This document shows, one piece after another, positions 8,274-20,719 of a stretch of DNA of 64,000 bases (positions within the stretch are counted from its first letter, which is position 1; the number at the start of each line of letters is the position of its first letter). The notes beneath the pieces are model-generated. The model made no database searches, was not told the origin of the DNA, and was given only the letters and a program-made list of their open reading frames with translations. The stretch is from an uncultured Acidobacteriota bacterium (GTDB lineage Bacteria > Acidobacteriota > Thermoanaerobaculia > UBA5066 > Gp7-AA6): contig CAVTYD010000003.1 in assembly GCA_963738945.1 (NCBI GenBank), forward strand, positions 601,385 to 665,384, written 5' to 3'. Made by a program: the position numbers and the translations under genes.

Positions 8274-9692
8274 CTACCGGCTGTACAGGTCGATGACGGT
8301 GGAGATCGCGCGCCGGCACACGGCGCAGAAGGGAACCTGGTCGCGCGAGAACATGATGCAGTCTTCCTGCGGCCGGTAGTAGCCCTTCGCCTCGTAGAGC
8401 GCGCCCTCGAAGGCGCCGACCTGGCCCGAATGCGCATCCGTCCCGAGCAGCTTCGTCGCGAAGACCTGCTCCTCCCGGAAGAGCGCGTCCATTTCGTCCT
8501 CCGGGCGATTCTCGGCCCGGATCCTGCGGCGCTTCTCCTGCGCCTCGCGCGACGCCTTCTCGAACTCCTCCTGTTTCCACGGCGTCGGGATCGGCGTGCC
8601 CGGCGCGACCAGGTCCCTCCACTTCAGGCTCTTCGGATCGAGCAGCGCGGTCGCGTTCGGCTCCCACGGCTCGACGCGGTCGGCCGGCGCCGGTCCGTAG
8701 GCCACCGCGGACGTGAAGTATTCGTCCGCGAGCCCCGCGAAGTGATGGCCGAACTCGTGCACGAAGACGTAGGGCGCCCAGAGACTGTCGGCCGCGACGG
8801 TCCCGAAAAGCCCGAAGATGCCGCCGCCGCCGTAGGTGCGGGAGTTCGTCAGGATCTCGACGAACTCGTAAGGCGCGAACGACGCGACGTCGCGAAACGA
8901 CCGGTTCTCGAACGTCAGGACGTAGCGCTCCGAGCCGAAGGCGTCGTAGGTCGCGCCGACGCGGGAACGCCGGTGCACGCCGGTCGACGGCCGCGAGATC
9001 CCCGACTCCTCGGCGGGCGGGCAGAGCGCCCAGACGTTGAAGTCCGAACGGCGCTCCTTGAAGGGCGAGACCGCAAAGAGCATCTCGGCGAGACGGCGGG
9101 CGTCCTTCTCGAACTTTCCCCGCTCGGCCGCCGTGTAGCCGTCGCCGAGGATGAGGAAGTCGACCTTGTCCGCCGGGTCCCCCATCTTCTGGATCTCGAG
9201 CAGCGGCCCGGGAGATGCGGGTTTCGACGCGTCGACGAACATGTCCTTCCGGTCGAGGAGGAAGCTCCAGATCTCGCGGAAGGCGTTGGACGCGTCGCGT
9301 TTCTTCAGGACGACCTGGACCGGACCGTCGGGCATCGGAAAGCGCAGCGACTCCGAGAAGGTGCGACGCACCGTCTTCGCCTCGGCCGTCGTCTCCCATT
9401 CGCCGTAGATCGAGGCGAAACCGCGCGAGTAGACGGGGCGGTTCGTCGCGCGGTCGATGACCTCGAAGAAGTACTTCCCGAGATTCGTGCCGTCGAGAGG
9501 CTTGCGGGGATTGCCCGGCCAGGACAGCGGCTCGACCACGACCCGATCCAGGCTGAACACCTCTTCCGCCGAGTTGCCGGTGTGGAAGTAGTCGACCCGC
9601 AGGGTGGGTGGAGCGGCGGCGGAGGCGGACGAGGCGGTGGACACGGCGGCCAGGGCGAATCCGAAGATTAACCCGATGGGCTTTTTCGGCAT
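8274..9692 (-). CDS. Secreted M64-family (IgA peptidase-like) metallopeptidase
   Basis: Signal peptide; TLRVDYFHTG N-terminal domain; ILGDGYT; HEFGHHFAGLADEY zinc motif; GAFEGA.Y...GYYRP..DCIM...FCAVC. Confidence 0.9.
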   Translation of the reverse strand: MPKKPIGLIFGFALAAVSTASSASAAAPPTLRVDYFHTGNSAEEVFSLDRVVVEPLSWPGNPRKPLDGTNLGKYFFEVIDRATNRPVYSRGFASIYGEWETTAEAKTVRRTFSESLRFPMPDGPVQVVLKKRDASNAFREIWSFLLDRKDMFVDASKPASPGPLLEIQKMGDPADKVDFLILGDGYTAAERGKFEKDARRLAEMLFAVSPFKERRSDFNVWALCPPAEESGISRPSTGVHRRSRVGATYDAFGSERYVLTFENRSFRDVASFAPYEFVEILTNSRTYGGGGIFGLFGTVAADSLWAPYVFVHEFGHHFAGLADEYFTSAVAYGPAPADRVEPWEPNATALLDPKSLKWRDLVAPGTPIPTPWKQEEFEKASREAQEKRRRIRAENRPEDEMDALFREEQVFATKLLGTDAHSGQVGAFEGALYEAKGYYRPQEDCIMFSRDQVPFCAVCRRAISTVIDLYSR

Positions 9693-9749
9693 GAACCCAT
9701 ATCCTAACCCTCCCGTATCACCGGATCGGGCTTGTAAGGAGGAACGTCC

Positions 9750-10692
9750 ATGATCTACGAGAACATCCTGGGCACGATCGGCAACACGCCCGTCGTCAGG
9801 ATCAACCGCCTCGCGCCGCAGGGCACGACGATCTACGTCAAGTGCGAGGCGTTCAATCCCGCTGTCGTCGGTCAAGGACCGGCTCGCGATCGCGATCATC
9901 GAGGACGCGGAGCGCCGGGGCGAGCTGAAGCCGGGCCAGACGGTCGTCGAAGCGACCTCCGGAAACACGGGCATCGCGCTCGCGATGGTCTGCGCGGCCA
10001 AGGGGTATCCCTTCGTCGCGCTCATGTCGGACAGCTTCTCGATCGAGCGGCGCAAGCTCATGCGCATCCTCGGGGCCAGGGTCGTCTTGTGGCCGGCGGC
10101 CGAGCGCGCGACCGGAATGGTGAAGAGGGCCGAGGAGCTCGCGAAGCAGAAGGGCTGGTTTCTCGCCCGTCAGTTCGAGAATCCCGCCAATCCCGAGTAC
10201 CACCGCCAGACGACCGGACCCGAGATCCTCCGGGACTTCGCCGGCAAGCGCCTCGACTACTGGGTCACGGGCTACGGCACCGGGGGAACGCTGACGGGAG
10301 CCGGCGAGATGATCAAGAAGGCGAGGCCCGAGACGAAGATCGTCGTCGCGGAACCCGAAGCCGCCGCGCTGCTCTCCGGCAAGGAATGGGCGCCGCACAA
10401 GATCCAGGGCTGGACGCCCAACTTCATTCCCGCGGTGCTCTCGCGCGAGGTCTACGACGACGTCGTGACGGTCACCGACGTCGAGGCCCGGGACGCGGCC
10501 CGGGAGCTCGCGGCGAAGGAGGGCATCTTCTGCGGCGTCTCCTCCGGCGGCACGTTTGCGGCCGCGCGCAAGGTCGCTGCGAAGGCGCCGAAGGGCTCGG
10601 TCCTGCTCGCGATGCTCCCCGACACCGGCGAGCGGTATCTCTCGACGTTCCTCTTCGAGGGGATCAACGAGGGATCGGACGAGGTGGCCTGA
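9750..10692 (+). CDS. cysK: Cysteine synthase A; +1 frameshift near 9860 (error or pseudogene)
   Basis: IGNTPVVRIN...KCEAFNP in one frame, then LSSVKDRLA, EATSGNTG, GTGGT, PHKIQG and PDTGERYLST in the next frame. One extra base in ...AAT CCC G CTG... Confidence 0.88.
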
Positions 10693-10704
10693 GGCGCTCC
10701 GCGT

Positions 10705-11250
10705 CTACTTCAGCCGCTTCACGTCCCGGAGCGTCCCGGGCTTGCCGTCGTACTGATCGGCGCGGACGTGCCCCTCGTCGTCCACCGACAGGGCGGCCTG
10801 CGTGTAGATGCGTCCGTCGCCCGTGCCCATGCCGGGAACGTTGACGACGAAGACCGTGAACGGGTGATTCAGCGAGTCGCGTCCCTCGACCGTCTCCTCG
10901 TACTTGAGAGTCCGCCCCGTGACGACGTAGTAGCGGAGCCCGTCCCCCTGGGGCTCGACCACGACGAGGTCGATCGGGTACTCGAATCCGCCGAGGCGGA
11001 TCTTCCCCCGACCCGAGCCGCGGATGACGTTCAGGAGAGCCTGCTGGCCGCCCTTCGCGAGAATCTCCTTGAGCGGCTGCGCCTGCTCCATCGTCATCGG
11101 ATTGGTGACGACGAGGTCGAAGCCCATGCTTCGGGTGCCGGCGCTGGTCTCCACCTTCGCCGTCGCCGAGAACTCGGCGGGTCGCGGTCCCGCGGCGAGA
11201 GCCGCCGACGCCGCGAGGACCAGGCCCATCGCGCAGACGTTCGTCTTCAT
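10705..11250 (-). CDS. Hypothetical secreted protein
   Basis: MKTNVCAMGLVLAASAALAAG signal peptide; gene-like codon usage; TATCCT 7 nt upstream of the ATG. Confidence 0.75.
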   Translation of the reverse strand: MKTNVCAMGLVLAASAALAAGPRPAEFSATAKVETSAGTRSMGFDLVVTNPMTMEQAQPLKEILAKGGQQALLNVIRGSGRGKIRLGGFEYPIDLVVVEPQGDGLRYYVVTGRTLKYEETVEGRDSLNHPFTVFVVNVPGMGTGDGRIYTQAALSVDDEGHVRADQYDGKPGTLRDVKRLK

Positions 11251-11266
11251 GTCGTGAAGGATAAGC

Positions 11267-14030
11267 CTACGGCAGGGAGAACGTCTTGACCAGAAACACC
11301 GCCATCTGGCCCCGGTTGACCGGGCTCGTGGGGCAATAGAGCAGGGGCGAGGTCTGGCAGCCGCCGGTGATGCCCTCGGCATGGAGCTGCTCGATCCAGT
11401 CCGCAAACGGGCCCGGGCAGGCGACGTCCTCGAAGACCCCGGTGCAGGTCGGCGGCACGTACGCCGAGCCGTGCTCGGTCTTCAGGAGGAACACGGCCAT
11501 CTGCTGCCGCGTCACCGGATCGGCCGGACAGTAGTCTCCCCCGCCGCAGCCGGCGGTGATGCCCTCGGCCGAGAGCTGCTCGATCCAGTTGGCGAAGGTG
11601 CTCGGGCACGGCACGTCGGCGAAGACGCCCGAGCACAGCGGTGGAGCGTACGACGAGCCGTGCTCGGCCTTCAGCAGGAACACGGCCATCTGCTGGCGCG
11701 TGACCGCGCTCGACGGGCAGTAGTTCCCGCCGCCGCACCCCGCCGTGATCCCGGCCCGGAAGATCTTCTCGACGTCGTCGTGGAAGAGGCTGCCCGCGGG
11801 GACGTCGGTGAAGTCGGAAAACCACGCCGCCGGCAGCGTGGCCGACAGCGTGCTCGGATCGGCGACGACGACGTCGTACAGCGCTCCGGGGGTAAGCGCC
11901 GGCGTCGCCGCGTCCACCTCCGAGCCGCTGACGACGTTGATCATCGAGGCCGGCACGCCACCGAACCGCACGGCCGCGGGGGCCTGGAAGTTCCCGCCGA
12001 GGATGACGACGGGCGTGTTGCCGGCCGCCGGGCCCGAGGCCGGGCTCATCCCCGTGGCCTGCGGCGGCGGCGTCGCGAAGCACGCCCCGAATTCGGACGT
12101 GTTGCTCGCGGGATCGGTGGCCGTCGCCGTGATCCACGGACCGAGCGCCGGGCCCGCGATCGTCGCGTCGAAGGTCGTGTTGCCTCCCCCGTCGGTCATC
12201 GCGGCCACCGCGCCGAGCGGCCGCTGTCCCGGGCCCGTACCCGGAGGGGTCGCAGGAGAGCGCGGCGAAGAGCTCGATGCGGAACGACAGCGACGCGAGG
12301 CTGTTGAGCGAGCCCTGGATCTCGGTGGACGCCGGCGACAGGGCCACGGACGAGACGACCGGGAAGTTCTGCAGGAGGTTCGGTCCAACGTCGGGATCGC
12401 CCGGGTCGTTCGGCGTCACGCCGACCGGCGCGAGGTCGATCCCGAGCCCGCCGTTGTACGAGATCGTGTTGCCGAGGATCCCGTTGCCGGTGCCGGACTC
12501 GACGAACACGCCCCGCCCGCCGTTGAACGAGATCACGTTCTTCGTGCCGGGAACCGTGCCGCCGATGGTGTTGTTGCTCGAGCCGCCCTGGACGTCCACG
12601 CCGTTGCCGGCGTTCGGGATCGGGGCGGAGGCGGCGGCATTGACCCCGATGAAGTTGCCCTGGAGGAGGTTGCCCGTCGTCGTCGCGTCGAGAAGCAGAA
12701 CGCCGTTGTCGCCGTTGCCGGAGATGACGTTGCGGTCGGGCCCGCCGCCGCCGATCGTATTGTCGTGGGCGCCGTCGTTGATCTGGATGCCCTCGAGCGT
12801 GTTGGCGAGCGCCGCGGTGACGGCGGCGTTGACGCCGACGAAGTTGCCCTTCACGACGTTTCCCGTCGTTCCGGTCCGCAGGCGCACGCCGTTGGTCGCG
12901 TTTCCGGAGACGACGTTGCCGGGTCCGATCGTGTTGCCGTTCGAGGACGCACCCGACACGATGATGCCGTTCGCCAGGTTCCCGATCGCGGCCGTGCCGG
13001 CCGGGTTGGTGCCGACGAAGTTTCCGGCGACGGTGTTTCCCGACGAGCCGCTGATGAGCAGGATGCCCGACAGCGCGTTGCCGGAGGCGACGTTGCCCGG
13101 GCCGATCGTGACGCCGTTGACGCCGCCGAGGTCGATTCCCTGCCCGCCGTTTCCGAGGGCGGCCGTGCCCCCGGCGTTGATCCCCACCCAGCAGTTCTTG
13201 ATGACGGTCCCGGAAATGCCGCTGCTCAGGGAGATCCCGTCGCCGACGTTGCCCGCGACGAGCGTGTCGCCCGGCAGGTCCGAGCCCACGACGTTGTCGG
13301 ATCCGGCCGAGATGTCGATGCCGACGGCCCCGTTCGGCAGCGCGGCGGTGCCCGCGGCATTGGTCCCGATGCGGTTGCCCGCGATGGTGTTGCCGTCGGC
13401 GCTTCCCGTCGCGATCTCGACGCCGTGCTGGCCGTTGCCGGAGATTACGTTGATGCGCTGCGAGACGTCGGTGCGCCCGATGAGGTTGTCGGCGGAGTTG
13501 GAGATCAGGATTCCGTCGCCGCCGTTTCCGAGCGCCGCCGTTCCCGAGACGTTCGTGCCGATGTAGCAGCCGCGGACGACGTTGCCCCCGCCGGTCTCGA
13601 TGAAGATCCCGTTGCCTCCGAGGATCGGGAAGCCGGGAACGAATCGGTTGATCACGAGGCTCGCGACGACGCTCGAGCCCGCCGTGATGTGCAGCCCGCT
13701 GGCCCCGGTGCCGGCGGCCGCGCCGTTCAGCTCGATGAGCGGACTGCCGGCGAAACCGGGCTGCGTCGTGCCGTCGATCGTGACCGGGTCGGTGATTGCC
13801 GGAAGGGCCGAGGCGAGGGCGATCGTCCTCGAGCCCGATCCGATCGAAAACCGGATCGTGTCGGCCCCGGGGGAGGCGTTGGCGGCATTGATCGCCTCGC
13901 GGAGCGTGCAGTTGGCGGCGTTGCAGATCCCGTCATCCGTGTCGGCGGCGGAGTTCACCGTGAAGGTGGCCGCCGAAGTCCACGCGGCGGGAACCAGGAG
14001 GAGCGCTCCGAGAACGAAGGGGCGGCCCAT
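11267..14030 (-). CDS. Secreted CSLREA/beta-helix protein with IPT/TIG and three Cys-containing SLH-like repeats; +1 frameshift near 12230
   Basis: NCTLREAINAAN (CSLREA-type); many NVISGN/GNFVG repeats; LQNFPV; after the frameshift TATATDPASNTSEF, IPT and GITAGCGGGNYCP...RQQMAVFL. Paralogue of 2128-4506. Confidence 0.85.
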
Positions 14031-14098
14031 GGGACGGCCAGTCTAGACCGCGGGCATCGCCCGGGCACCTGTCCCGCGGACCAGTTTGCGAGAAAGAC

Positions 14099-15985
14099 TC
14101 AGCGGCGCGCCACGCGCGGCTGGCCCGAGGCCTCGGAAGCCGGCACCGCCTCGGCGGGCGTCAGGCCTTCCTCGAGCCAGGCGTGCTCGCCCTCGAGCAC
14201 GCGGATCGCGGAGGCGTACTTGACGACGTCGTCGTTCGAGCCGACGGCCCGGAAATGCTCCCCGATCCGGCGCTTCATCGTCCGGCAGAACACGTCCGCG
14301 AGCTCCGAGGCCCGCGCGGCTTCCGCCGCTCCGGAACGCCGCATTCCGTCCGCTCGGGAGAGCGCGGCGGCCATCGCGAAGAGGTCGGCGCCGACGTCCA
14401 CGAGGCGGAAGAGCAGGGCCTGCCGCTTCTCGAGCTTCGGCCCGTGGCGGAGCATCTGGTGAAAGAGCGCGCGCGCGAGCTTGCGCGTCGTCCGCTCGAC
14501 GTAGCGGACGTGGCCGGCGAGCGGGCCGAAGGACGGAGAAGCGCGGCCAGCGCCCCCAGCCGAGCCAGCGCGACGGATACCACCAGGCGTAGTGCGCGGC
14601 CATCCGGGGCAGGGCGGACAGGCGCCGGCCGAGGGGAGCCTTCGGGTCCGCGAAGGCGCCCGCCACGGCGAGGTGCCGGTCCACGGCCTCGCGCGCGATG
14701 AAGAGGCGCATGATCTCCGACGATCCCTCGAAGATGAGGTTGATCCGGAAGTCGCGCATCATGCGCTCGACCGGCATCGGGCGCCTCGCCGCGCGCGCGG
14801 AGCGAATCGGCGGTCTCGTAGCCGCGGCCGCCGCGGATCTGCATCGTCCGGTCGACGATCTTCCAGCCCTCCTCGGAGTTCCACATCTTCGCGACCGCCG
14901 CCTCGAGGCGGATGTCGCGGTCGCCCATGTCGGCCATCGAGGAGGCGAGGTCGGTGACCGCCTCCATCGCGAAGGTCGTCGCGGCCATCTCGGCCAGGAG
15001 CTGCGCGATCGCGTCGTGGCTGCCGATCGGCTCGCCCCACTGCACGCGCTCGGCCGCCCACTCGCGCGAGATCTCGAGGCAGCGCTTGCCGAAAGCGGCG
15101 CAGGAGGCCGGAAGCGTGAGCCGTCCGGTGTTCAGCGTGATGAGGGCGAGCTTCAGCCCCTTGCCCTCGCCCCAGAGGAGGTTCTCCTTGGGCACCTTCA
15201 CGTCGTGGAACCGGATGACGCCGTTCTCGATCGCCTTCAGGCCCATGAAGTGGCAGCGGATCACGACCTCGACGCCCGGCCAGCTCTTCTCGACGATGAA
15301 GGCCGAGATCTTCTTCGTCTCCGGGTGGCGCGCCATGACGACGAAGAGGTCGGCGACCGTTCCGTTGGTGCACCAGAGCTTCTCGCCGTTCAGGACGTAG
15401 TCGCCCTCGGGCGTGCGCGCGAACGTCGTCGAGAGGTTCGCCGGGTCGGACCCGACGTGCGGCTCCGTCAGCGCGAAGGCGGAGATCTCTCCCTTCGCCA
15501 GGCGCGGCAGGTACTTCTTCTTCTGCTCCGGCGTGCCGAAGAGCTTCAGGGGCTGCGGCACTCCGATCGACTGGTGGGCCGAGAGGAGCACGACGAGGTT
15601 GCCGTCGCGGCTCGTGATGAGCTTCATCGCCTCGCCGTACTCGCGCTGGGTCAGGCCGAGGCCGCCGTACTCCTTCGGGATCTTCATGCCGAAGGCGCCG
15701 AGCTCCGCCAGCCGCTGGACGACCCGGGCCGGCACCTTGCCTTCCCGGTCGATCGCGTCCGGGTCCACCTCGTCCACGAGGAACCGCTCGAGCCTGTCGC
15801 ATGAAATCGCGGAACTCCGGACGCTCCGGAGGCGGCGCCGGATACGGATGGACGAGATCGAGCCTCAGGCGGCCGAGGTAGATCTGCTTCAGGAAGGACG
15901 GCGCCTTCCACTCGGTCTCGCGGGCTTCCTCGGCGACCCGGCGAGCCTCGGCGGCGCTGACGGGCTTGGCGGATGAATCGGCCAT
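14099..15985 (-). CDS. Acyl-CoA dehydrogenase (VLCAD/ACAD9-like), interrupted by three +1 frameshifts (~15800, ~14778, ~14535)
   Basis: [47 protein letters not shown] and [19 protein letters not shown] spread over successive frames. Confidence 0.85.
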
Positions 15986-16047
15986 GAAGCCAAGGACTTT
16001 ATCGCAGGAAACGGAGCCGCGAGGGGCCCGTCTATAGTGGCGCGGTC

Positions 16048-16773
16048 GTGACGAACAAGTACCTGTCCTACGACGCCGAGCGCGCCCCGAAGGTGCGGCA
16101 GATGTTCTCGCGCCTGGCCTGGAGGTACGACCTCGTCAACGACATCATGAGCTTCGGCCTGCACCGCCTGTGGAAGCGTCAGACGGTGGACCGGGCGCTC
16201 GGTGGCGGGAGGCGGCCGGCGGCCGGCCGCGTGCTCGACCTCTGCTGCGGCAGCGGCGACCTGTGTTTCATCGCGGAGGAGAAGGGCGCGGGCGCCGTCG
16301 TCGGAGCGGACTTCACGCTGCCGATGCTGGCCGTCGCCCGGCGGCGGCGCGAGCGCGACGGCCGCCGCAGCCGATTCGTCCAGGCGGACGCCCTGAAGCT
16401 GCCCTTCTCGGACGACGCGTTCGACGCAATCACGATCTCCTACGGCCTGCGCAACGTCGCCGATCTCGACGCGGCGCTGCGGGAGATGCGCCGAGTCCTC
16501 GCGCCGGGCGGCCGGGCCGTCGTTCTCGACTTCGGCAAGCCGGACGGCCGGGTCGCCGCCGCGCTCTATGGCGCCTTCCTCCACACGATGATGCCGGCCG
16601 TCGGCTGGCTCTTCCACGGCGACCCGCAGACCTATCTCTACATCCCCGAATCGCTCGAGCGCTTCCCCGCCCAGCGCGGCGTCGAACGGATGATGCAGGC
16701 GGCCGGGTTCTCGAACGTGCGCTGCGAGAACCGCCTGCTCGGCACGATGGGGATCCACGTCGGCGAGGCCTGA
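16048..16773 (+). CDS. ubiE: Ubiquinone/menaquinone biosynthesis C-methyltransferase (UbiE/MenG)
   Basis: MFSRLA.RYDLVND.MSFGLHRLWK, VLDLCCGSGD, DALKLPF.D..FD, YGLRNV, YLYIPES. Confidence 0.88.
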   Translation: MTNKYLSYDAERAPKVRQMFSRLAWRYDLVNDIMSFGLHRLWKRQTVDRALGGGRRPAAGRVLDLCCGSGDLCFIAEEKGAGAVVGADFTLPMLAVARRRRERDGRRSRFVQADALKLPFSDDAFDAITISYGLRNVADLDAALREMRRVLAPGGRAVVLDFGKPDGRVAAALYGAFLHTMMPAVGWLFHGDPQTYLYIPESLERFPAQRGVERMMQAAGFSNVRCENRLLGTMGIHVGEA

Positions 16774-16845
16774 CCCCCTTCTCTCTGTTTCGTCGGCGCG
16801 GCGTTCTCCCGCCGCGGGATCCTGATGTAGACTCCGCGGCTCTTT

Positions 16846-18528
<1,683 letters not shown>

Positions 18529-18530
18529 GC

Positions 18531-18583
18531 CGGGCGGGGACAATCCGCGCCCCTACCGGCAGGTAGGGGCTTGCGGCCGCCCG
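18531..18583. repeat. GTAG-type REP-like inverted pair / hairpin between convergent genes
   Basis: GCCCCTACC (18549-18557) pairs with GGTAGGGGC (18562-18570); outer CGGGCGG...CCGCCCG. Confidence 0.45.
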
Positions 18584-18592
18584 TGCTGGGCC

Positions 18593-19006
18593 TTAGCGCC
18601 GCCCCACCAGGGCGACGCCGATTCCCACGACCGCGAGGATCCCGAGCGCGTGCACGAGCCGGAAGCCGCGGCGGCGGCGCGGGCGCGCGCGCCCCATCCA
18701 GTCGTCCGCAAACGAGGATCCCTTTTCGGTCAGGCTCTCGAGCAGGTCTGCGCCGTGCTTGCGCAGGTCGGCATAGAGATCCGATCCGCGGTCGGAGAGC
18801 TCCTCCTTCAGGTCCTCGAGCTCGGGACGGCTCTTCTTGAAGCCCTTCGCGAGGCTCTCCTTCGCCTCGGCATAGAAGCGGTCGGTGTCGAACTTGCCGC
18901 CGCGCCGCAGGCTCTCGATGGCGATCGGGAGGGCCACCTTCGTGACGAGCGGGACGACGAGGGGACCCAGTGCGTCGGCGGTCGCGCGGGAAATGCTCTT
19001 GGACAT
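18593..19006 (-). CDS. Hypothetical protein with C-terminal transmembrane anchor
   Basis: GAGGAGG RBS upstream; charged helical middle, basic patch, then a hydrophobic tail. Confidence 0.75.
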   Translation of the reverse strand: MSKSISRATADALGPLVVPLVTKVALPIAIESLRRGGKFDTDRFYAEAKESLAKGFKKSRPELEDLKEELSDRGSDLYADLRKHGADLLESLTEKGSSFADDWMGRARPRRRRGFRLVHALGILAVVGIGVALVGRR

Positions 19007-19062
19007 TCGAACCTCCTCGGGTGTCGACAGTCTAACGTTCTTCCGACTACAGTCGAAGGTGC

Positions 19063-19965
19063 GTGTGGGCTCTACTCGCGCTTTTCCTGCGGCTCCCGGC
19101 GGCGGGTCCGCCCGGTCCGGAAGCGATCGTCCTCGGCATCGCCCAGGACGGCGGGGTTCCGCACGCCGGATGCCGGCAGGAGCTCTGCGTCTCGGCGCGG
19201 CGGGACCCGAGGCTTCGCCAGCGGGTCGCCTCGCTCGGGCTCGTCGATCCGGCCTCGGGAAAGCGCTTCCTCATCGACGCGACGCCCGATTTCGCGGACC
19301 AGATGGACCAGCTCGGCGGGCTTCCCGATGGCATCCTCCTCACGCACGCGCACATCGGCCACTATCTCGGCCTCGCGCAGCTCGGCCGTGAGGTTCTGAA
19401 CGCAAGAAAGGTGCCGGTGTATGCCACCCGCCGCATGGCGCAATTCCTGCGTTCCAATCGTCCCTGGAGCCGTCTGGCGGAGGAGGGCAACATCGAGATT
19501 CGCGAGATCGCGCCGGGGGAGGAGCTCGCGCTGGCGCCAGGTCTCTTCGCGACCGCCATTCATGTGCCGCATCGCGACGAAGACTCCGATACCGTCGCGT
19601 ACCTCGTCCGGGGACCCGCTCGGAAGATCCTCTGGCTGCCGGACATCGACAAGTGGGAGAAGTGGGATCACCGACTCATCGACTTTCTGGCGGATCCCAG
19701 CCTGACGGCCTTCGTGGACGGCACGTTCTTCTCCGCCGACGAGATTCCGGGGCGCTCGATCTCCGACATCCCGCATCCCCTCGTTCCCGAGACGATCGCG
19801 CTCGTGGAGTCCGCCCCGACGGCGCGAGGCCGCGTGATCTTCGTGCACCTGAACCACACCAACCGCCTGCTGTGGGATGCCGACGCGGTCCGCGCGATCG
19901 CGACGAAGGGGTTCTCGATCGCCCGCCAGGGGCAGGCGGTCCCGCTTTCCGCGGTGCCGGAGTAA
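19063..19965 (+). CDS. MBL-fold metallo-hydrolase, PqqB-like
   Basis: VLGIAQDGGVPHAGC, LIDATPD, LTHAHIGHY, VPHRDE, DGTFF, HLNHTN. Confidence 0.85.
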   Translation: MWALLALFLRLPAAGPPGPEAIVLGIAQDGGVPHAGCRQELCVSARRDPRLRQRVASLGLVDPASGKRFLIDATPDFADQMDQLGGLPDGILLTHAHIGHYLGLAQLGREVLNARKVPVYATRRMAQFLRSNRPWSRLAEEGNIEIREIAPGEELALAPGLFATAIHVPHRDEDSDTVAYLVRGPARKILWLPDIDKWEKWDHRLIDFLADPSLTAFVDGTFFSADEIPGRSISDIPHPLVPETIALVESAPTARGRVIFVHLNHTNRLLWDADAVRAIATKGFSIARQGQAVPLSAVPE

Positions 19966-19977
19966 GATCGATCCGCC

Positions 19978-20397
19978 ATGGCCGCGCCGAATCCCGAGCC
20001 TCCTCCCGTTCTCCCGTGGCGCGGCGCCACGGCGAGCCACAGGACCGGCTGGCCCAGGGGTTACTGGCGCATCGCCGTCGGCCGCGGCCTCCGCCTGCGG
20101 TGCCCGGTCTGCGGCAAGGGCAAGCTGTTTCAGACGTACTTCCGGATGTTCCCGAGCTGTCCGTGCTGCGGCGTCGGCTTCGCGCGCGAGCACGGACAGT
20201 GGGTCGGCTCACTCGACATCCACACCTTCGTGGTGGCGTTCGGACTGATGATCGCGTCCGCGTTCTCTCCCGACTGGCCGCTTCCGATCACGCTCGCGGT
20301 CTGGGGCGCCGCCGCCATCCTCATCCCGCTCGTGACCTTCCGGTTTGCGCGGGGACTCTGGACGGCGATCGTCCACCTGAGCGGCGGCGTCTATTGA
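19978..20397 (+). CDS. DUF983-like Zn-ribbon membrane protein
   Basis: GLRLRCPVCGKGKLF...CPCCG followed by two hydrophobic segments. Confidence 0.75.
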   Translation: MAAPNPEPPPVLPWRGATASHRTGWPRGYWRIAVGRGLRLRCPVCGKGKLFQTYFRMFPSCPCCGVGFAREHGQWVGSLDIHTFVVAFGLMIASAFSPDWPLPITLAVWGAAAILIPLVTFRFARGLWTAIVHLSGGVY

Positions 20398-20506
20398 GCG
20401 CGTGTCGGCCCGCGATCACGGCGTGCGCCGGCCGGGAATGCGCCGATGCGACGCGGGGGTTATCCCCCTTTTGGAAAATCTCATGAAGAAAAGGAAAACT
20501 CACCGG

Positions 20507-20659
20507 ATGAATCAGGACTCCAAGCCTCCGAGCCCGAGCGACTCCGAGCGCCGCAACAATGCCGAGCGCCGCGCCGACGATCGGCGGGCCCACGCCCGCT
20601 TCGAGCCGGCGAGCAGGGAACGCACCGAACGCCGGCAGCGCGAGCGCCGCCGCCCTTGA
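20507..20659 (+). CDS. Small protein (50 aa) with tandem [D/E]RR motifs
   Basis: MNQDSKPPSPSDSERRNNAERRADDRRAHARFEPASRERTERRQRERRRP; A-rich upstream region with AAGGA; fills the gap between two genes. Confidence 0.55.
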   Translation: MNQDSKPPSPSDSERRNNAERRADDRRAHARFEPASRERTERRQRERRRP

Positions 20660-20719
20660 TTGACGCCGCCGCGCCGGGAATCGGGGCCCGTCCCGTCCTG
20701 AACTAGACTCTCGCGACGT

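Noticed and set aside
9850-9870. Programmed +1 frameshifting at CCC-G in cysK and neighbours
   Set aside because: No precedent in these families that I know of. Three shifts in one gene and tight regional clustering fit consensus errors better.
19063-19965. PQQ biosynthesis locus
   Set aside because: Only a PqqB-like MBL fold is present; no pqqA, pqqC, pqqD or pqqE nearby.
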